Part shown: piece after piece, positions 27,028-32,000 of the stretch
Layout of the letters: the number at the start of each line of letters is the position of its first letter
Numbering within the stretch: the stretch's first letter is position 1
DNA from: Corynebacterium glutamicum ATCC 13032
GTDB taxonomy: Bacteria > Actinomycetota > Actinomycetes > Mycobacteriales > Mycobacteriaceae
Reading direction: 5' to 3'
Length of the DNA: 32,000 nucleotides
Assembly: GCF_000011325.1 (NCBI RefSeq)
Contig: NC_003450.3
Coordinates: 720,001-752,000, forward strand
The notes under the pieces: generated by a model
Database searches by the model: none
What the model was told of the DNA's origin: nothing
The model's input: the letters and a program-made list of their open reading frames with translations, nothing else
Translations under genes and position numbers: made by a program

Positions 27028-28026
27028 CTAAGCGATACGCTCGCCCGACTCCAGATCGAAATGATGCGCCTGCGCCGCATCATAGGAAAAAGTCACAGGC
27101 GTGCCAGGGGCTGGCACGGGGCCTTCCACCCAACGGGCCACCAGGCGGTGGCCCTCCCAAGTGGCATAAACATACGATTCGGAGCCAAGCTCCTCGACGA
27201 TATCCACCACAGCATCAATGCTTGTGAAACCCTCAGGGGTCTCATTGACCAGCATCTTCTCCGGGCGCACACCCATCTTGTGCCCGTTGGCAGGGAAGAG
27301 GTTCATGGACGGCGAGCCGATGAAGCCCGCAACGAATTCGTTGACCGGGGCGTCGTAAAGCTCCCTGGGCGGTGCGACCTGCTGCAGCAACCCGTCCTTG
27401 AGCACCGCAACCCGATCGCCCATCGTCATTGCCTCAACCTGATCGTGGGTGACATACACCGTGGTGGTGCCCAGGCGACGCTGCAAAGCAGCGACCTCCG
27501 CGCGGGTTTGCACGCGCAATTTCGCATCCAGGTTGGACAGCGGCTCATCCATGAGGAACACCTTCGGATCACGCACCAACGCGCGACCCATCGCCACACG
27601 CTGACGCTGACCACCCGATAAATCCTTAGGCTTGCGATCCAAAAACTCCGTCAACCCAAGAATTTCCGCAGCCTCATTGACCTTCGCATCGATCTGCGCC
27701 TGCGGCAGCTTAGCCAACTTCAGCGCAAAACCCATATTCTTCGCCACCGTCATGTGAGGGTACAGAGCATAATTCTGGAACACCATCGCGATATCGCGAT
27801 CCGCCGGCTCCTGACCAGTGACATCCTTGCCATCAATTTTGATCACACCCGACTCCACGCCCTCAAGCCCCGCCAAAGCACGCAGCGTAGTGGATTTACC
27901 ACAACCCGAAGGGCCGACGAGCACCAAAAACTCGCCATCAGCGATATCTAAATCAAGCTCATGAACTGTTGCGCGCTCCGCGCCGGGGTACCGGATTGTG
28001 ACCTTGTCGAATGTGACCGTTGCCAT
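27028..28026 (-). CDS. tusK: ABC ATPase (MalK/MsiK-type), trehalose uptake system
   Basis: 332-aa ORF with Walker A GPSGCGKST, signature LSGGQRQR and Walker B VFLMDEPLS. Confidence 0.93.
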   Translation of the reverse strand: MATVTFDKVTIRYPGAERATVHELDLDIADGEFLVLVGPSGCGKSTTLRALAGLEGVESGVIKIDGKDVTGQEPADRDIAMVFQNYALYPHMTVAKNMGFALKLAKLPQAQIDAKVNEAAEILGLTEFLDRKPKDLSGGQRQRVAMGRALVRDPKVFLMDEPLSNLDAKLRVQTRAEVAALQRRLGTTTVYVTHDQVEAMTMGDRVAVLKDGLLQQVAPPRELYDAPVNEFVAGFIGSPSMNLFPANGHKMGVRPEKMLVNETPEGFTSIDAVVDIVEELGSESYVYATWEGHRLVARWVEGPVPAPGTPVTFSYDAAQAHHFDLESGERIA

Positions 28027-28112
28027 GTTCTACTAAATTACCAGCACCAGTACACATTGTGGGTTTAGCGGGTCTAAATTGGGACCGCTGTTCAAGGTCA
28101 GGAGCAGAACGC

Positions 28113-28445
28113 ATGGCTACTGCCAAAGTTCGCGATCGGTGGCAACAACTCTTTTGGGGCGGCATCAAGCTCAAAGGACTCAACGGCTTATTTGAGCTCA
28201 TCGGCGGAGTGCTCCTCCTTCTTGTCGATCCCGAAAGCCTTCACCACTGGACCGTTCTGCTCACCCAAAACGAACTGAATGAAGATCCCGACAATGGCAT
28301 CGCCACGTTCCTTGGGCACAGCAGTGAATCACTCACCAGCCACGCTACGTTGTTCAGCGCTAGATATCTACTGACGCACGGCCTTGCGAAAGTGGTACTC
28401 CTGGTCGCAGTCCTGAAAACAAACTGTGGGCATACCCGTGGATGA
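28113..28445 (+). pseudogene. DUF2127-like membrane protein, apparently disrupted (in-frame TGA at 28443-28445)
   Basis: ATG 28113 is preceded by CAGGAG. The sequence IKLKGLNGLFELIGGVLLLL...NELNEDPDN fits my recollection of DUF2127. Family-like sequence continues past the stop: KLWAYPWMIAAGF in another frame, then IAYQLYQIALH in frame. Confidence 0.45.
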
Positions 28446-28845
28446 TTGCTGCTGGCTTTCATCGCGTATCAGCTGTACCAAATCGCACTTCACGCCAGCG
28501 CCGGAATGATCGCGCCGACAATTTTCCACAGTATCGGTGTAACTCGGGAAAAACTCCACCACGTATGGATCTGCAATGTCGACGGCGTAGTTGGTGTCTC
28601 CTGTTTGATTCGTATTGATATTGAGAATCTGATCCATCACCAGCTCAACGGGAGCACCAGAACGATCACGTTTTCTCGTGGTTGTTCATCTACGCTTTCA
28701 CTGCTCCATGAGACAAGCGATGCGCCAAGGGCAAGAGTTGCTCCGATTAAGGCTAAAGTGCGTCGTGTATTTATGCGTCCAATTCGAATTTTATTGGGGT
28801 TGGGATCTTCGCGATGATACTGAAAGCACCCCAGCCTTAGTCGGT

Positions 28846-28869
28846 CCCACAGCTGCTTTTAGCTGTGGG
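28846..28869 (-). terminator. Hairpin just after the helicase stop (no U tract)
   Basis: CCCACAGCT-GCTTTT-AGCTGTGGG is a perfect 9-bp stem lying 14 nt downstream of the stop at 28883-28885. Confidence 0.5.
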
Positions 28870-28882
28870 TAGCTGGTGTTAT

Positions 28883-31800
28883 CTACTCAGATTTTGGCAT
28901 CGCAACCGCCATATGGTGAAGCAAGTCCAATGCAATATCGCGCCTTAAATCGAGATGGAAACGCTGGTTAGAAAATGATCGCAAACAGGCATAACACGAA
29001 GTATCGATGCCACAAGAACAGGTTTCGACCCTTCTAATTGCCGCTTCGAGTACTTGAGGGAAGTTTTCTCGAACTTTTCGGGTAATACCAGCTCCACCAG
29101 GAACAGTATCGAACAACACCATCGTTGGCCTGTTGTCGTGTTTCGCCATGGTGCCGTTTAGATCATCACGATTGATTTCTAAACATTCAGCAGCTGCCTC
29201 GATGATGGCGTACATTCCAGAGCGCCACCCTTCGAAGTCAAGATTTGTATAAGAAGGAACGGCAACTGTCGCGATGTCAGTTTGGTAGGTGTGACCCAAA
29301 GAGTGGGGTTCTAAGTAGTAGGTGCCACACTGCTGCTTAGTTCTGGGGTTTCGATGGCTTTTAGGGATTTCGGCGCCATTGGGAGTGCCGAATCCGCATG
29401 TTTGGCAATACCAAAATCCATTCTTGTTAGGACCTGTTTCAAGCGCTCCCATCTCCGTCCGACTCCAAGAAGAAGTAAGTACTTGCGCAGTTGCTGTCCC
29501 ATCTGAATTTGAGAACTCTTCACTGTCATCTTTGACACCGAACTGCTTTACAAATTCAAGTCGATTAGAGGATCGGACCGGGGGAGCAGTGCCCACTTCA
29601 GTTGGATTTGGGTCTGCAACGAAACCAAAACGAGGGATAAGGAACTTGTTCTCTTTACCCAGCGATATTGGTGCAGAGCACTGAGAACAGACATCTTCAG
29701 ATGTAAATCCAAAACGAGAGGTTTCAGTATGTTTACACTCAGTACACGTTGTCCAATAAAAAGTTTCCACCTTTTTACCGGCTAGGTGTCGAATGCCAGC
29801 GGATTTCCACAATTTTCCGCCTGCTACTAACTCCGCACCAGGAGCATAGTCGGTAATCGCTAGCTGAAGATCTCGTGACAAGCTCACCTTATTTCCAGCT
29901 TCACTGAAGTTTGTTTGAAGATCTACTGTATCGACAGGGAAGCTGTACTTGGGCAGCATGTTCTTCTTGGCCAAGTATCCCAAAAGATCTTGGTCCATCA
30001 GAGTTGTGATTGTGCGTTTGAAGGCATCTGCCTTTTTGCCTTGTTCACTGCCCAGCGCTCGCCCTTGCATCTTTTTAAGCGTTTGGAAATCTTCGGAGAT
30101 CTCCTGACGAGTTGTATCGAAAATTTCAAGGAATTGTTTAACCCAACCTTGATTTTCAATATCCAGATCCTCATGCAGGGACTCAGGGAATACGCGACGG
30201 AGGGCTTCAGTGATGTAATTAGGAACAGGGGAGAGAAACTCTTCGAGGATCTCCGTTGCCTCTTGCTCTGCGACAGCAGGCCTAAGGTATGGAGCTGCAT
30301 CAGTGCCAAGGAAGAACTCTCCGGCCTTTTTCCAGAACCGATTTTGGGCAGCCTGCTCTCGGAAAAATGCGGCGAGAGCGATTGAATAGGTGTGACGACG
30401 GGCGATTCGGGCATTGTTAATGTGCAAAAATGGCACTGTCATTTCGCCATCAATCATCTGGGTTGGGTTCTTAAATACAGCCAAGTCATGAGAAGATCGC
30501 TTAGCAAAGGTAAGCACAAAAGCTGCTGAACCTGATCGGCGTCCCGCACGTCCCGCACGTTGCACATAGTTAGCCGTACGTGGCGGTACGTTGCGCATCA
30601 TTACTGACTGCAGATCACCAACGTCAACTCCAAGCTCAAACGTAGTAGAACAGCTTAGGACATTGATTTTTCCTTCGATGAATTCTTTCTGAACCTCTGC
30701 AGCCTCCGTTGGCGTCCATTGAGCAGTGTGCTCTTTGGCTGAAAGCGGAAGAATTTCAAGCGATGTTGCCAACTTCCGATAATGATTGTTGGCATACTCC
30801 GGTAAAGAAGTATCGATTTCTTTTAGCTTGCCTTTACAGAACCCATGTGGACACAGCCCGAGAACATTAAATGGCGTTGTATTTCTACAAGTGTCACATT
30901 CATACCAGGAATGTTGTTTTCCAGGGCTTACTTGCAGTGAGTTGTAGTTAAGTGTGTAGCCTTCGGCCTTTTCGCCTGGGACCTTCAAAATTTCGGAATT
31001 AGTGTAGTCATTCCATAGGTGATGGAGAAGCGTCGTAATATTTTCACCTTCGTCACCTGCTTGTCCGATGCGGTTCAAGACTTTTGTAATGAAGTCCTTG
31101 CGATTGTTGGTTCCTCGTTGCGGAATCCATGAGTAGAGGCGTCGTGTTGATTTTCTTCCACCATCTTTGGTGAAAAAGTGCTGCCCACGACGAGGGCCAA
31201 AGCGTTCATCCTCAAGATTGACGTAGTCAGGGCAATTGATTGCGCCCTTGTGACGGAATTCTTGAGCGAAGAGATTAAAAAAGGCGTCGGCGGCATCCGG
31301 ATCCCCAAACATCTCGCCAAGTGGTTTTCTGAAACTGAGTTGCGACAAAGCCTCAGGGGTCAGTTCAATTTTGGCTAGTCCAAGCCCTTCAGTCGAACTA
31401 CGTCGGACTGTCGAAGCAAGATCTGCGAATACCCAGTTACCTGTCTGTTCTAGTGTTTCGCGTGGGTTCAAGTTGTTAGCGAGGACTCGATTGTTTTTCG
31501 CCACTTCACTTGCGCGGGAAATCCATCGTTCAATGGATGCGCCTTCAGTAAATTCTTCATCCCGCAGGGTCTCAATGAGGATTCTTCGCTCTAGCAACCT
31601 GGTGTAACTTGCTTGCAAATATGGTGCTGCGTAAGCGGCAGCCTGGCGGGAGTCAGAAAACGTGAGTAGTTTGCGTCCAGCACCGATCTTGCGTGATGTA
31701 TCTTGATCAGCTGATTCTGGCAACAGTTGGAACAATGATGTGGTGAGGACAGAAGGTGCAGCATTTGAATCGGTTCGGAGTCGTCGAATCAGGTTCTTTT

Positions 31801-32000
31801 CTCGGCCACCGCATCGAGTGCATGTTAATTGGCTACCATTCCGGGGTTCCAAGATCTTTACATCAATAAACTGGTCATGATGTGATGAGCATCCGGAGCA
31901 GAGAAGAGAGTTCTTTCCGTTTAGTTTTCCGCAGGCCGTACATAATTTTTGTAGCTCAAGGACTTTGACGTTCTCGTCAGCATCAGTTTCTAGGTCATCT
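28883..32000 (-). CDS. Very large SF2 (DEAD/DEAH-type) helicase with multiple zinc ribbons and a C-terminal DUF1998/MrfA-type Zn-binding domain; the N-terminus lies beyond the right edge
   Basis: The motifs are LLTFSDSRQ, HTAQW, STTFELGVDVGDL and QRAGRAGRR, followed by LPKYSFPVDTVDL. The zinc-ribbon candidates are CTEC..CSQC, CQTCG and the terminal CSCGIDTSCYAC...FHLDLRRD. My own translation of 31853-32000 stays open (…LQKLCTACGKLNGKNSLLCSGCSSHHDQFIDVKILEPRNG…). The track's start at 31852 is therefore not the real start. Confidence 0.9.
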   Translation of the reverse strand, partial: DDLETDADENVKVLELQKLCTACGKLNGKNSLLCSGCSSHHDQFIDVKILEPRNGSQLTCTRCGGREKNLIRRLRTDSNAAPSVLTTSLFQLLPESADQDTSRKIGAGRKLLTFSDSRQAAAYAAPYLQASYTRLLERRILIETLRDEEFTEGASIERWISRASEVAKNNRVLANNLNPRETLEQTGNWVFADLASTVRRSSTEGLGLAKIELTPEALSQLSFRKPLGEMFGDPDAADAFFNLFAQEFRHKGAINCPDYVNLEDERFGPRRGQHFFTKDGGRKSTRRLYSWIPQRGTNNRKDFITKVLNRIGQAGDEGENITTLLHHLWNDYTNSEILKVPGEKAEGYTLNYNSLQVSPGKQHSWYECDTCRNTTPFNVLGLCPHGFCKGKLKEIDTSLPEYANNHYRKLATSLEILPLSAKEHTAQWTPTEAAEVQKEFIEGKINVLSCSTTFELGVDVGDLQSVMMRNVPPRTANYVQRAGRAGRRSGSAAFVLTFAKRSSHDLAVFKNPTQMIDGEMTVPFLHINNARIARRHTYSIALAAFFREQAAQNRFWKKAGEFFLGTDAAPYLRPAVAEQEATEILEEFLSPVPNYITEALRRVFPESLHEDLDIENQGWVKQFLEIFDTTRQEISEDFQTLKKMQGRALGSEQGKKADAFKRTITTLMDQDLLGYLAKKNMLPKYSFPVDTVDLQTNFSEAGNKVSLSRDLQLAITDYAPGAELVAGGKLWKSAGIRHLAGKKVETFYWTTCTECKHTETSRFGFTSEDVCSQCSAPISLGKENKFLIPRFGFVADPNPTEVGTAPPVRSSNRLEFVKQFGVKDDSEEFSNSDGTATAQVLTSSWSRTEMGALETGPNKNGFWYCQTCGFGTPNGAEIPKSHRNPRTKQQCGTYYLEPHSLGHTYQTDIATVAVPSYTNLDFEGWRSGMYAIIEAAAECLEINRDDLNGTMAKHDNRPTMVLFDTVPGGAGITRKVRENFPQVLEAAIRRVETCSCGIDTSCYACLRSFSNQRFHLDLRRDIALDLLHHMAVAMPKSE

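Noticed and set aside
26998-27621. 207-aa plus-strand ORF
   Set aside because: It is antisense to the ABC ATPase tusK. It is a shadow ORF.
28446-28817. 123-aa plus-strand ORF treated as an independent gene
   Set aside because: It begins at the codon right after the in-frame TGA of the DUF2127-like ORF. Only its first 30 or so residues look like a membrane protein; the rest is not protein-like. It is better explained as the read-through remnant of a disrupted gene.

Overview
The window looks like a Corynebacterium glutamicum-type chromosome segment. I recognise the DtsR1/DtsR2 carboxyltransferases, the AccBC N-terminus and the TusEFGK2 trehalose importer. This identification comes from memory, not from a search. 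From left to right, the window contains the following.

- **Left edge to ~5.6 kb:** the 5' end of accBC (-), thtR rhodanese (-), an ATP-grasp-like orphan (+), a DUF3151 gene (-) and a large acyltransferase-3/SGNH protein (+).
- **Carboxylase cluster:** maf-accE-accD2 and accD1 (-).
- **birA to the thioesterase-like gene (all +):** birA, a membrane protein and purK, then kup and a small orphan ORF. These are followed by purE, a DUF218 gene and a thioesterase-like gene.
- **Riboswitch operon (-):** an SDR plus an NtaA-type flavin monooxygenase sit behind a clear TPP riboswitch. A 1,718-bp IS with a 14-bp target duplication has split the two genes exactly at their TAATG stop/start overlap.
- **Small accessory genes:** a membrane protein, a RibD_C/DHFR-like protein, a VOC protein and a mini membrane protein.
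- **Trehalose ABC system (-):** tusK, tusE, an SRPBCC gene, tusF and tusG.
- **Right edge:** a short gene-decay zone, then an AT-richer (by eye), very large SF2 helicase with several zinc ribbons and a C-terminal DUF1998/MrfA-type domain (-). It runs off the right edge.

The most interesting items are the helicase (a possible defence/repair island boundary), the TPP riboswitch controlling genes with no known thiamine role, the IS insertion that uncouples them, and several short tandem or inverted repeat arrays at gene ends. No rRNA, tRNA or CRISPR array was seen. All coordinates were derived by hand from the sequence. No database search or computed statistics were available.
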